This document shows positions 36,046-45,652 of a DNA stretch of 64,000 bases, piece by piece. Within the stretch, counting starts at the first letter, position 1, and every line of letters starts with the position of its first letter. The translations under genes were made by a program, and so were the position numbers. The notes beneath the pieces are model-generated. The model saw only the letters and a list, made by a program, of their open reading frames with translations, was not told the origin of the DNA and ran no database searches. The stretch comes from a virus (Duplodnaviria > Heunggongvirae > Uroviricota > Caudoviricetes): the IMG/VR virus record IMGVR_UViG_2911215477_000001, positions 38,486 to 102,485 of that record; one strand, 5' to 3'.

Positions 36046-37860
36046 TTATTGGCAAGCCAAGCACTCGTCGTACTTGGTCTCTTCGGTGGTGGATTCGCTC
36101 TTCTGAGCGACCTTGACGTTCACTGCCTCGGCACGCTTCACAGCGGTCGAACGGCAGTAGTAGAGCGACTTCACGCCGGACTTCCATGCGTACATGTGCA
36201 GGTCGTGTAGCTCGCGCTTGTGGGTGTCGGCATGCAGGAACAGGTTCAGCGACTGCGACTGGCAGATGTAAGGCTGACGCTCTGCTGCGTGCTTGATCAT
36301 CCAGCGCTGGTCGATTTCGAACGCCGTGCGGAAGATCTTCTTCTCCTCATCGCTGAGGAAGTCCAGGTGCTGCACGCTGCCCTTGTTGGCAACGATCGAC
36401 TGCCAGGTGGCTTCATCGTTCTTGCCATGCAGGTCGAGGCGCTGGGCCAGATACGGGTTGCGGACGATGAAGCTGCCCGAGAGCGTCTTCTGGAGGAAGG
36501 CGTTCGTGCTGCGTGCCTCGGTGCTCGGGCTGGTCGTGCCAGCGATCACGCTGATCGAGGCAGTCGGGGCGTGGGCGAGCATGTTGGAGAAGCGACCGAC
36601 CATGCCGGCGTCCACAGCATCGGGGTTGGAGCCGCGCTCTTCAGCCAGCTTCAGGTTCGCAGCGTCAGCCTGCACCTTGATCCGCGAGTGCATCTCCTTG
36701 TTGATCAGGGATGCGAGGTCGCTCTCGATGGCGACACCCATCTTCTGCAGATAGGCGTGGAAGCCCATGACACCCAAGCCAACCGAGCGCTCACGCTTGG
36801 CAGCGTAGACGGCACGCGACATTTCGGGCGGGGCGTTCTGGATGAAGTCCTCCAGCACGTTGTCCAGGAAGCGCAGGATGTCTTCGATGAACTGCGGGTT
36901 GTCCTTCCACTCGTCCCACTTCTCCAGGTTCACAGACGACAGACAGCAGACCGCCGTGCGCATGTTGCCCAGGTGGTCCTTGCCAGTGAACAGGGTGATT
37001 TCGGCGCAGAGGTTCGACTGCTTGACGAACAAGCCCAACTTCTTGTGATGGGCCGGGATGGCACGGTTCACGTTGTCGATGAAGAGCATGTACGGCTCGC
37101 CCGTCTCCATACGGAGGTCGAGCATGCGGCTCCACAGATTGCGTGCCTTGATGGTGCGAACGGTATGACCGTCCTTCGGGCTCACCAGGTCGTAGTCCGT
37201 GCCCTTCTCCACCGCAAACATGAAGCCGTCGTCCACGACAGCGCCGTTGTGGATGTTGAGCGCCTTACGGTTGGGGTCGCCACCAGTCGGCTTGCGGATC
37301 TCCAGGAACTCGTCGATTTCGGGGTGCTTGGTCTGCAGGTAGACCGCTGCACTGCCACGACGCAGGCTGCCCTGGCTGATCGCGAGGGTCATCGAGTCCT
37401 GGACCTTGATGAACGGGATGATGCCGGTGGTCTGACCGTTGTGACCAACCTTCTCACCCATCGAGCGCACTTCGCCCCAATAGGTGCCAATGCCGCCGCC
37501 CTTGCTGGCCAGCCAGGCGTTCTCGTTGATCGAGTCCAGGATGCCCGGCATCGAGTCCTGCACGTCGTTGAGGAAGCAGCTGATCGGCATGCCACGGGTG
37601 GTGCCACCGTTGCTCAGCACGGGCGTCGCCGGCATGAACCACAGTTGGCTGATGTAGTCGTAGAGGCGCTGGGCGTGTGCTTCGTCGTCGGCGTAGTAGC
37701 CGGCCACACGGGCGAACAGTTCCTGGTAGGACTCGCCCTTCAGCAGGTAGGAGCGTTCCAGGGTCTCCTTGCCGAAGGCAGTCAGGAGTGCGTCGCGTAG
37801 GGGGTCAAGCTTGATCTTGGCGCGCATGTCCACGGCGCGCTGCTTAATTGGGGAATTCAT
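36046..37860 (-). CDS. nrdA: class I ribonucleotide reductase alpha subunit
   Basis: SNLCAEITLF active-site motif; the ORF-track start MHIH is the promoter palindrome, so the start was moved to MNSPIKQ. Confidence 0.85.
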   Translation of the reverse strand: MNSPIKQRAVDMRAKIKLDPLRDALLTAFGKETLERSYLLKGESYQELFARVAGYYADDEAHAQRLYDYISQLWFMPATPVLSNGGTTRGMPISCFLNDVQDSMPGILDSINENAWLASKGGGIGTYWGEVRSMGEKVGHNGQTTGIIPFIKVQDSMTLAISQGSLRRGSAAVYLQTKHPEIDEFLEIRKPTGGDPNRKALNIHNGAVVDDGFMFAVEKGTDYDLVSPKDGHTVRTIKARNLWSRMLDLRMETGEPYMLFIDNVNRAIPAHHKKLGLFVKQSNLCAEITLFTGKDHLGNMRTAVCCLSSVNLEKWDEWKDNPQFIEDILRFLDNVLEDFIQNAPPEMSRAVYAAKRERSVGLGVMGFHAYLQKMGVAIESDLASLINKEMHSRIKVQADAANLKLAEERGSNPDAVDAGMVGRFSNMLAHAPTASISVIAGTTSPSTEARSTNAFLQKTLSGSFIVRNPYLAQRLDLHGKNDEATWQSIVANKGSVQHLDFLSDEEKKIFRTAFEIDQRWMIKHAAERQPYICQSQSLNLFLHADTHKRELHDLHMYAWKSGVKSLYYCRSTAVKRAEAVNVKVAQKSESTTEETKYDECLACQ

Positions 37861-37893
37861 GTCTTTCCGTTTCGTCGTTGAAAGGGCTAGGGA

Positions 37894-37909
37894 GTGTATG
37901 TGCATACAT
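37894..37909. promoter_or_regulatory. family-A motif GTGTATGTGCATACAT
   Basis: Upstream of nrdA. Confidence 0.5.
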
Positions 37910-37953
37910 CTCCCTGCCCTGACAGTGGTTGAGCCATTTCTGGCCTTACAGTG

Positions 37954-38552
37954 CTAGCTCAGTCGGCCCGCAACGCTGCGATAGACAGCAGCCATGCGGT
38001 TGAACTCAGCGGTCTTGGTAGCTGCGTGAATGACCGCTACCGCGTCAGCCATGTGCTCGGCCTGCCCCACCGTGATCGACATCTGACCCTTCTTTTTGGA
38101 CATGGGCCAGTTGATCGTCGGGTATTTGCCGGAAGCCCAGGCGATGATTTCGTCCTTGTCGGCGTACTTGTCGCCCACTGCTTCCTTCACCTCGCGGGGC
38201 AACACCTGGATCAGGGGCTGGTCGATGGCAGCGAGCGTGCCCACCGCGATACCCAACGCCCAGGAGGCTCGTGCTGACTGCGTGCCCGTGGGGACTTCGC
38301 AGCAGACCAGGTGGATGCCGTGCTCTTCGACTGCCTGGCGAACGCCGGTCACAATCTCGCGGGCTCGTCGCAGATCGTCAGAGTTCTTGCGGACGACCTT
38401 CTTGCTCTCTTTGTCTGCCTCCGTCTTGATCAGCTCCACTCGCGTCACCGCGATGTGGGCGTCAGAAATGACAGTGCCCGACAGGTCAACTTCTGCAAAC
38501 GCCATCCCGGTGTGTGCAAAAGCCGCGTCGAGCCCCAATACCTTCAACTTCA
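37954..38552 (-). CDS. RuvC-like Holliday junction resolvase
   Basis: MKLKVLGLDAAFAHTGMAF N-terminus and acidic catalytic-residue spacing; RBS GGAGAGG. Confidence 0.55.
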
Positions 38553-38595
38553 TGTTGCCTCTCCGTGGTGTGTATGTCGTTACATACACTCTATG

Positions 38596-38844
38596 TTAGC
38601 GACCCTCTTTGATGAAGTAGCGCGGCTCGTACTCGGCAAATTCAGTCAGCTTGCGAAAGGCTTCCATTGCCTGCTCTGCCTGACCTCGATGCTTGAAACC
38701 GGCCATCTTGTGATCCTCCAAGAGCTTGCCCATGAACGTCGTCATGGGCGGTCGCTTCTCAAAGGTTCTCCACACTTCAAAGCGGTCGCGTTTGCTGGGG
38801 TTGTTGTGCCTGTCCCTGCTCCAGGCTGGTTCGCGCTGATACAT
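38596..38844 (-). CDS. hypothetical small protein
   Basis: 82-aa ORF. Confidence 0.4.
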   Translation of the reverse strand: MYQREPAWSRDRHNNPSKRDRFEVWRTFEKRPPMTTFMGKLLEDHKMAGFKHRGQAEQAMEAFRKLTEFAEYEPRYFIKEGR

Positions 38845-38896
38845 CGTTGGGACTAAAAGAAAGCGCCCCGAAGGGCGCTCTCTCGTGCCGTTCGTG

Positions 38897-39748
38897 TTAG
38901 TTCGGCAAGACCATCATCGTGTTGCTGTCCTTGCCGAGCTGGGTGACAGGCAACTTGCCGTCCCACTTCTCGATCCAGTTCAGCTGTGCGACGCCGGGGT
39001 TCTCACGCAGGGCCTTACCACGCAGGGCGATGGCTTGGGCTTCGGCTTCCGCCAACTTCAACCGGGACTGGGCCTGACCATCAGCGACAGCGACTTCCTT
39101 CTCGGCTTCGGCCTTTGCCTGGGCCACTTCGTTCTGACGCTGCTCGGCCATCTGGGTTGCCTGGATCTTGGCGTTGATCGAACCGACCACGTTCGGCGGC
39201 AGACGCAGCTCACCAATCCAGTAGACCTTCTCGACCACGATGCCGACCGGACCAACTTCGTTCTGCACGTCCGCTTGGACCGACTCGATCAGTGCCGTCT
39301 TGCCCTTGCCATAGACCGACTCGATGTCGAGGCTGCCCGCCTGTTTGACCAATGCGTCACGAACCATATTGCGCAGGTAGGTGTCCGTGATTTCGTCGAT
39401 GCCCTTCCGATACTTCTGGAAGATCGTCGTCACCTTGGTCGGGTCGATGTGGTAGGTGATGCCGACGTCGGCGTTGACCGTCAGACCCTGAGCCGTCTGG
39501 AAGCTGATCGACTCGTCCAGGTTCTCGCGCTGCTGCCACGTTGCGGTCTGGGTGAACGTCGGGAACGTGTAAAGCTCCTCGTTCCAGCCCACCCAGTAGC
39601 GACCCGGCTGGAGTTCCTGCATCTGCACGCCCTTGTCGGAGCCGTACAGGTTGAACTTCACACCCACGTTGCCAGCGGGAACCTTCGAACAGGCGGCGAC
39701 CAGGAGAACGAACGTCGCGACCATCAACTTCAGGAACATCTTCTTCAT
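38897..39748 (-). CDS. SPFH/band-7 (prohibitin/HflK-like) lipoprotein
   Basis: Signal peptide plus lipobox VAAC; SPFH core and a C-terminal coiled coil rich in AEAEKE. Confidence 0.6.
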   Translation of the reverse strand: MKKMFLKLMVATFVLLVAACSKVPAGNVGVKFNLYGSDKGVQMQELQPGRYWVGWNEELYTFPTFTQTATWQQRENLDESISFQTAQGLTVNADVGITYHIDPTKVTTIFQKYRKGIDEITDTYLRNMVRDALVKQAGSLDIESVYGKGKTALIESVQADVQNEVGPVGIVVEKVYWIGELRLPPNVVGSINAKIQATQMAEQRQNEVAQAKAEAEKEVAVADGQAQSRLKLAEAEAQAIALRGKALRENPGVAQLNWIEKWDGKLPVTQLGKDSNTMMVLPN

Positions 39749-39783
39749 TGAATTGCCTTGTGTATGTATGTGTTTACGTACTT

Positions 39784-39999
39784 TCAGAACCCGAAATAAG
39801 CGGCAGCGATGCGCTTGCCGAAACTCCGGACTCCCCAATAGATCATGCTGATGGAACCTACGACGCCCACGATCACTTCAGCGTCATCCTTGGCCGAGAC
39901 GAGTCCCGGCGCCACGAACAGGAACCAGATCACCAAAGTCCAGAAGTAAACGTGTCCGTTACGCCAGAACTTCAGCTTGTTGCCCTTTCCTTCCTGCAT
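39784..39999 (-). CDS. small membrane protein
   Basis: RBS GGAGAG; VYFWTLVIWFLFVAPGLV. Confidence 0.4.
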   Translation of the reverse strand: MQEGKGNKLKFWRNGHVYFWTLVIWFLFVAPGLVSAKDDAEVIVGVVGSISMIYWGVRSFGKRIAAAYFGF

Positions 40000-40000
40000 A

Positions 40001-40216
40001 TCACTCTCCAGGTTTGCTCTCCTTCTCTTTCAACCATCCGATGTCGCCTCGTGCGATAGCAGCCATGATTTCAACCACGAACCACTCGGTCGAATCGGCA
40101 TCCGGATCGCGCTTCGCCTGCCTGGCGAAGAACAGACCCACACTCTTTGCTTCTTCCTTCAGCTTGTCGCCCCTCGGGAGAGGCTCGTGCTCGTAAGGAT
40201 TGAAGTTGACGTTCAC
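40001..40216 (-). CDS. hypothetical small protein sharing a C-terminal domain with 40213..40707
   Basis: TEWFVVEIMAAIARGDIGWL versus TDWFVAEVIRAVADGRMGWL. Confidence 0.4.
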   Translation of the reverse strand: MNVNFNPYEHEPLPRGDKLKEEAKSVGLFFARQAKRDPDADSTEWFVVEIMAAIARGDIGWLKEKESKPGE

Positions 40217-40707
40217 AGCCAGCCCATACGACCGTCAGCGACTGCGCGAATGACTTCAGCCACGAACCAGTCCGTCTCGTTGATGTCCGGGAGGGCTTCC
40301 GTCTTCGCCTTCACGTAGCCCGATGCGAACGTGGCGTGCAGCTTCAGCGCTTCGCCTTTGGGGAGGCCCGTCACCATGTACGGGTTCTCGGCTACGTTCA
40401 GCGGCTTGAAGGTGATGGGCTCCGGCTTGGCATGTGCGACAAGCTTGGCGATCTTCACTTCAGCCTTCGCCTCAACGGCCTTGCGGGGAGCGGCGCGGAG
40501 ACAGCCGCAGGACTTCGTGTTGCCGCCACGCAGATTCTTGGCGAGGACGACGGTCTTGTTGCCACAGTCGCAGACGCAGTGCCATTTGCCACCGTAAGCG
40601 GGATGGATGTGCGACAGCGAGGTCACGACCAGTCGGCCAAAGCGCTGACCCGTCATGTTGATGACGTGGCGACCAGCGTGAGATACGGCAAAACGTGCGT
40701 GCTTCAT
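40213..40707 (-). CDS. zinc-ribbon protein (GRLVV..WHCVCDCGN..KSCGC) with a paralogous C-terminal domain
   Basis: Cys cluster; C-terminal domain paralogous to the neighbouring gene. Confidence 0.4.
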   Translation of the reverse strand: MKHARFAVSHAGRHVINMTGQRFGRLVVTSLSHIHPAYGGKWHCVCDCGNKTVVLAKNLRGGNTKSCGCLRAAPRKAVEAKAEVKIAKLVAHAKPEPITFKPLNVAENPYMVTGLPKGEALKLHATFASGYVKAKTEALPDINETDWFVAEVIRAVADGRMGWL

Positions 40708-40754
40708 TCCTTAGATCCTCTAGTTCTCGGTGTTCGTGTTGATGGTGGTCGTGG

Positions 40755-41018
40755 TCACAAATCGTCGCCTTCGTCGTAGAAGTGCCACATGTAGGGGATG
40801 TCGCAGACCGTTCCGATGTACTCGCCATCGGGAACGCTGTGACCAGTGCCGGCGCAGGCGATGTAGCGATTGACGGTCGGGTTATCCGTCTCGACTTCAG
40901 CCCAGAGGCAAGTCACACCGCTCGGGTCTTTGCCGACGTGCATGACTTGCGCGCCCTTGTGAATCAGCAGCGTCGTGCCATGTACGCTCAGCGGAAACTT
41001 GAAGATGGTCTTGCTCAC
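40755..41018 (-). CDS. hypothetical small protein
   Basis: ORF. Confidence 0.35.
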   Translation of the reverse strand: MSKTIFKFPLSVHGTTLLIHKGAQVMHVGKDPSGVTCLWAEVETDNPTVNRYIACAGTGHSVPDGEYIGTVCDIPYMWHFYDEGDDL

Positions 41019-41395
41019 TGCACATACCTCTTTTTCTTGTAGTCGTAGCCAATGGCCTTGTAGAACTTCCAGATCGAGTCGTGCTCCGCGATAGGCTTCA
41101 GCTCAGCAGGCGCTGGAATCTCAAGCCGCTTCGCAATCTCCTGGTCACGTTCCCAGCGGCTCATCGCGTCATCCATCGTGTGAACGCTGCACCACTCAAC
41201 CTTTGCAGCGCTCTCCTTGGTCCAGAGAGGGCGACAGTCTTTGTCCATCGGGAAGCGGCGATGCAGCTCACGACGACGAAAGGCGCTGATCGAGGTGATC
41301 TGCCGGTAGAACCCATCCTCGACAACTTCAGGCGTTGTGACGACGTGGTATTCCGACTCCCTGCCTGGTCGAACGTGCTCGATCCACCACTTCAT
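41015..41395 (-). CDS. hypothetical protein
   Basis: ATGA coupled. Confidence 0.4.
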   Translation of the reverse strand: MKWWIEHVRPGRESEYHVVTTPEVVEDGFYRQITSISAFRRRELHRRFPMDKDCRPLWTKESAAKVEWCSVHTMDDAMSRWERDQEIAKRLEIPAPAELKPIAEHDSIWKFYKAIGYDYKKKRYVQ

Positions 41396-41694
41396 TCCGT
41401 TTCCAGCCTGGTCAACGTCGCCTTGTTCTTCTCGTAGTAGGCGGGCGTCACGAAGTACACTTTCTCGGAGAACGTCGTGCCTCCAATGGTTGCCCCGATG
41501 CGCTCTCCTGCCCCACCTTCCAGCTTCCAGTCGGACATGTAGCCCAGCGTCCGGTCGTAGTCGTGACCGAAGATGCAGGGGTGGACGTTCAATTCACCCA
41601 CGTTGGAGAAGAACGATTCCCTCGTGACCGGGATAAGGCTCTTCAAGCGCTCGGGGAGAATCTGGAGAACCTCTTGTGCAGTCAGCTTGCTCAC
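41392..41694 (-). CDS. hypothetical protein
   Basis: ATGA coupled. Confidence 0.4.
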   Translation of the reverse strand: MSKLTAQEVLQILPERLKSLIPVTRESFFSNVGELNVHPCIFGHDYDRTLGYMSDWKLEGGAGERIGATIGGTTFSEKVYFVTPAYYEKNKATLTRLETE

Positions 41695-41891
41695 GTCCGC
41701 TCCTTTTCGCGTTCTTCCAAGCGCGTGACGCGCTCCAACAGGTCGATCAACAGTTCTTGCTTGGCGTATTCATCGACCGGGTGTTCGTGGTCGCATACCG
41801 GGCAGACGTGCGCATTGCGGATGATTTCTTCGGGCGTGGGACTTGCCATCCCGTTCTCACCCTTGCACTTCTCGCAGTAGCGATAGGTCAC
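41691..41891 (-). CDS. small zinc-ribbon protein (CEKCKG..CPVCDHEH)
   Basis: Two CxxC pairs. Confidence 0.4.
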   Translation of the reverse strand: MTYRYCEKCKGENGMASPTPEEIIRNAHVCPVCDHEHPVDEYAKQELLIDLLERVTRLEEREKERT

Positions 41892-43993
41892 GCAGCCTCC
41901 TCGATGATCGACTGACCGCCACTCTTTCGAACGGTGATGTGATCGCGCACCCAGTCACCAATGTCGTTGTGGCTGATCGTGAGCACGGTGCCGGTGGTTC
42001 GAGCCTTGTCTTCCAGGATGCCCATCAGACGTTCCAGACCCGACACGTCGAGTGCGTCGTCCACTTCGTCAGCCACGAACAGCTTCAGAGGCTTGTGGGC
42101 ACGACTCGCCACCAGGTCTTGCAGTGCCATCGCGGTCGCAATACGGACCTTGCGCTGCTCACCACCGGACAGACCCTCGAAGTCCTCGTCGCCGTGCTTG
42201 TTGTCAACGTCGATGTGGAACTTCTCGCGCAGCTCGCCCTTCTCGGTCTCACCCACGGTCAGCCAGGTCGCTTCGATGTTTCCATCCGACAGAGCGCCCA
42301 GATACGTGGCAGTCCGGTCGTTGAGGAACGGAGTCACGCTATCGAGCAGCTCGCCACGGATACCGTTGGGCGCGAACACTGCGACGGCAGCCTTGGCGAC
42401 CTCCACCGCTTCGTTCTTGAGATCCAGCTCCTCGCGGGTGGCTTTGCGAACGTCCAGAACCCGGTCGAGTTCCTCGCTGCGCTTCTCCACTTCCTTCTCC
42501 CACGGGTTCGTGGCAGCTTTCAGCTCCTCCACGCGCTCGCGGATCGTCTTCGCCAGGGTCAGGGTGGTCTTGATGTCCGCCACGACCGAATCGAACGCCG
42601 TCAGCTCGCTCTGTGCGACTGTGAGCGCTGCCAGTAGCTTCGACGTGTCGAGCTTCGCGATTGCTGCCCGATGCGCGTCTAGCGCTTTCTGATGCGTCTC
42701 ACGCGCTTCCTCGTATTCAGCGTCGAGTGACGCGCAGACAGCACGATGCTCATCCGCAGCGAGCGAGTTCTCCAGGTCAACTTCCTCGATCTGGCGCTTG
42801 TGCAGCTCTTCCAACTCCCGGATCGAGGCTTCGTCAGCTGCGATCAGGGAAATCAGGGTGTCGCGTTCCGTCTTCAGCTCACCCGCCTGCTTGGCGATGG
42901 TGGTCTTGCGAGCAGCCAGGTCGCCTTCCTCGTAGGTCTTGGAGCACTCACCACAGGCGGTGCCCACCTTGTCGTTGAGGTGCTTCAGCTCGTGAGCCAG
43001 GTTGCCCAGTTGCTTGGTGGCGTGTTCCAGCTTCACCTTGTTCTTGCCGACGTTCACAGCCAGCGCAGCAGAACCTGCAGGCGGGAGCGGACGGGGCTTG
43101 GGATAGGCAGCTGCCGGGTATGACGGGGCCACCGGAGCAATCGGAGCGGGTGGCGGGGAAGCCACTGACGCAATGTCCGCCTTGATGGACTCGATGCGAG
43201 CCTCCAGCCCTGCACGAGCTTCGGGGGTCGCCTTCTCCTTCAGACCCTTCGCCTTGGTCAGCGCGTCATTCACCGACTTCTCGGCTGTGGCGATCTGACC
43301 GGCGTTCTCGGATGCCCAGCCGGTGACGTTCTCGCGAGCCTCTTCAATCTGAAGCTCCAGAGCGCCCTGGGTGCGTTCCTGGGTCTCGTAGCGCGTCGCC
43401 ACTACCAGGGCAGCCTTCTCAGCCTCCTGGGCGCGTTTGCGGGCGATCTCGTAGGCAGCCTCAAGGGCTTTGCCACCCGCAGCCTCTTCGACAAGCTCCT
43501 TCAGCTCCTTGTCGGTCATCGCCGGGAGGTTGGGCATGCAGCCCTGCCCCGCGTAGATGGACGCCATGAAGACTTCCTGGCTACAGCCGAGAATCTTCTC
43601 CAGCTGTTCCTGGGTGAGCTTGTCGGTGCCGAGGGTCAGGTCGCTCTCGCCCTTGAACAGGTGCAGGCGGCTCTTGCCCTTCGTGTGCTTGCGGTAACGG
43701 GTGACGGTGTAGACGTCCTCACCCTCGCGAAACTTGACCTCGACGCGGCAGTTCTTCTTGGCGGTGCGATTGACCACCTTGTCGCCAGAGCGACCGCGTG
43801 CAGTGATTCCGTAGAGTGCCCAGCTCAGGGCATCAACGACGCTGGACTTGCCGGCACCGTTGCTGTTCGCGCTGGAATCGTCCTCGTTGATGCCCTGGAT
43901 CAGGAGCAGTCCACGATTCTCCAGATTCAGCGTGCCCTCTTTGATCGAAAGGAAGTTCTCGATCTGAAGGGTCTCAATGGTGATCTGACTCAC
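41888..43993 (-). CDS. SbcC/Rad50-like recombination ATPase (gp46-like)
   Basis: Walker A NGAGKSS, long coiled coils, C-terminal signature LSGGEQRKV and Walker B LFVADEVD; GTG start with RBS GAGGAGAGAG. Confidence 0.75.
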   Translation of the reverse strand: MSQITIETLQIENFLSIKEGTLNLENRGLLLIQGINEDDSSANSNGAGKSSVVDALSWALYGITARGRSGDKVVNRTAKKNCRVEVKFREGEDVYTVTRYRKHTKGKSRLHLFKGESDLTLGTDKLTQEQLEKILGCSQEVFMASIYAGQGCMPNLPAMTDKELKELVEEAAGGKALEAAYEIARKRAQEAEKAALVVATRYETQERTQGALELQIEEARENVTGWASENAGQIATAEKSVNDALTKAKGLKEKATPEARAGLEARIESIKADIASVASPPPAPIAPVAPSYPAAAYPKPRPLPPAGSAALAVNVGKNKVKLEHATKQLGNLAHELKHLNDKVGTACGECSKTYEEGDLAARKTTIAKQAGELKTERDTLISLIAADEASIRELEELHKRQIEEVDLENSLAADEHRAVCASLDAEYEEARETHQKALDAHRAAIAKLDTSKLLAALTVAQSELTAFDSVVADIKTTLTLAKTIRERVEELKAATNPWEKEVEKRSEELDRVLDVRKATREELDLKNEAVEVAKAAVAVFAPNGIRGELLDSVTPFLNDRTATYLGALSDGNIEATWLTVGETEKGELREKFHIDVDNKHGDEDFEGLSGGEQRKVRIATAMALQDLVASRAHKPLKLFVADEVDDALDVSGLERLMGILEDKARTTGTVLTISHNDIGDWVRDHITVRKSGGQSIIEEAA

Positions 43994-44004
43994 CGCTCTC
44001 TCCT

Positions 44005-44035
44005 CGTGCGTATGCGCTTACATACTATTATCGAC
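44005..44035. promoter_or_regulatory. family-A motif CGTGCGTATGCGCTTACATACTATTATCGAC
   Basis: On the sense strand reads ATAATAGTATGTAAGCGCATAC, then RBS and GTG. Confidence 0.5.
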
Positions 44036-44065
44036 AAAAGACGACTGCCGACTATCGGTGCATCT

Positions 44066-44178
44066 CTCAAGAAAGGGCTCTCGTCGGGGCTGCTAAGCCC
44101 CAGGGGCAAGAGGTCCAAACCAGGGTTCCGAGTGTTCAGCGCATCGGGTAGCGCAAGCACGAGAGCCCTTTCTTGATC
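44066..44178. other. nested inverted-repeat structured element (15-bp outer stem AAGAAAGGGCTCTCG / CGAGAGCCCTTTCTT around GGGGCT-gcta-AGCCCC)
   Basis: Perfect long-range complementarity; also holds a CCGACTATCGG family-B palindrome at 44048. Confidence 0.5.
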
Positions 44179-44212
44179 CCACTGATGCGCTCAGTGGGGA
44201 AGCGTATTGCCG

Positions 44213-44404
44213 TCAAGACCCCAGCTTGTGCAGGTATCGACGTTCCAGCTGGTCAGCGACTTCACGTAGGCGTTGGACGACCCACTGCATGCTGCTGACC
44301 TCTTTGCCCAGCGTGGCAAAATGAACTGCGTTCTTGATGACCCCATTGAACATGCTGTGGCTCATCCGACCGCGTGCTGGTCGAAGATCACGCTTGGGGT
44401 TCAT
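44213..44404 (-). CDS. hypothetical small protein
   Basis: ORF. Confidence 0.35.
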   Translation of the reverse strand: MNPKRDLRPARGRMSHSMFNGVIKNAVHFATLGKEVSSMQWVVQRLREVADQLERRYLHKLGS

Positions 44405-44646
44405 CAGTCATCCTCTCCATCATCGCGCTCTGGACCCGGATCTTGGAAGCAGTTGTACTGGTCATCCCAATCGCCAAAGTGCAGCTCGTCCGGGAAGATG
44501 TCGGTGCCCTGCTCCGCTTGCTCGACCCGGTATTGCAACGCAAAGCGGTCGATTCGTGCCTTCTCATCAGCGACCCACTCGTCAAGCGTTATGGGTCTAG
44601 GGCCAATGCTCTCTTCCATTCCTGCCATTCCTCGTATTGAGCGCAC
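44404..44646 (-). CDS. hypothetical small acidic protein
   Basis: ORF; start uncertain. Confidence 0.35.
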   Translation of the reverse strand: MRSIRGMAGMEESIGPRPITLDEWVADEKARIDRFALQYRVEQAEQGTDIFPDELHFGDWDDQYNCFQDPGPERDDGEDD

Positions 44647-44856
44647 CAGGTCATGTGGGGCTGCTCGGGGTCTCGCCCGTTCATGGAGGGAGCGAACCCG
44701 CCGCAGTTGCAGTAGTGCTTGAAGGACTTCAGCTGCTCAGCTTCTGTGCGGGTCACGTTCTTCTCTCCGTGCGTGCTTTGCTGCTACATGCTTATTATAT
44801 GTATGTTGATACTTATTTTGTCGTCCCCGCGAAAATAATTCGCAGGGACGTGTTGC

Positions 44857-45216
44857 TTACCAGCTCATGCGCACGACGTAGTGACCCTCGGGCAGGATGC
44901 CCTTGTTGCACAGGTCATTGAGGAAGATGCCCAGGTTGTAGCACTCGAAACCGCCCGACTCGACCGCTTCTGCGATGGTCTCTTCGTCCCACTGGTCCAG
45001 CTCCTCACGCTTGACGTCGTGGGCATAGTCCGTGTCGTTGGGCGACTCCAGCATCTCCAGCTTCTTGCCGTAGGCGAGTTCGAAGATACCCTCCATACCC
45101 AGCGTGCCCTTCTCGCGGTTGAACGAGTAGGTCAGCCAGCTACAGTCGATGGTGGTTTTGACGTCGTGAGCCAGCTTGTCGATGGTGACGGGCTTCTGCT
45201 CGGTGTTCTCGCTCAT
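44857..45216 (-). CDS. hypothetical protein (start MSENTEQ)
   Basis: ATGA coupling to the upstream gene. Confidence 0.4.
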   Translation of the reverse strand: MSENTEQKPVTIDKLAHDVKTTIDCSWLTYSFNREKGTLGMEGIFELAYGKKLEMLESPNDTDYAHDVKREELDQWDEETIAEAVESGGFECYNLGIFLNDLCNKGILPEGHYVVRMSW

Positions 45217-45452
45217 TGGGTTTCCTTTTCGACTACGTACTTGAGGGCTTCGCGCTGCACGAGGGTCTGTGCGAGCGTGAGGGATTGGTATTCGGAGACA
45301 CCCTGGAGGACTTCGGCAATCTCCCGGACGCGGCCATTGGGGAGGATCGAGGTCGTCGCCCATTCGATCAGCTCAGCGCATGCCTCACCCACATGCTCCT
45401 TCGCCATCGCCTGAGCCTTCGCCATCGCCTCGACGTACATATTGGTGCTCAT
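45213..45452 (-). CDS. hypothetical small protein
   Basis: ORF. Confidence 0.4.
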   Translation of the reverse strand: MSTNMYVEAMAKAQAMAKEHVGEACAELIEWATTSILPNGRVREIAEVLQGVSEYQSLTLAQTLVQREALKYVVEKETQ

Positions 45453-45652
45453 GCAGCCTGTGCCTCGTTGTATTTCAGGGCGGCGTTCCAGGCGATCCAG
45501 CGGTCATTGACCCGGAAGTCGCAGTAGCCGCCATCGAAGTTCTGACGGAAGGACATTGGCTTGCCCCGGAGCTTGCACGTCTTGTAGCCGCTCGTGGTCT
45601 GGAGCCAAGCCTCGAATGCCTCACGGCTGGGGTGGTCGAAGCGCTTAGCCAT
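45449..45652 (-). CDS. hypothetical small protein
   Basis: ATGA coupled. Confidence 0.4.
   Translation of the reverse strand: MAKRFDHPSREAFEAWLQTTSGYKTCKLRGKPMSFRQNFDGGYCDFRVNDRWIAWNAALKYNEAQAA

Noticed and set aside
44066-44178. Possible tRNA with a long variable arm
   Set aside because: The 15-bp uninterrupted outer stem and inner hairpin geometry do not match the 7-bp acceptor, D-arm and anticodon-arm layout, and there is no TPsiC consensus.
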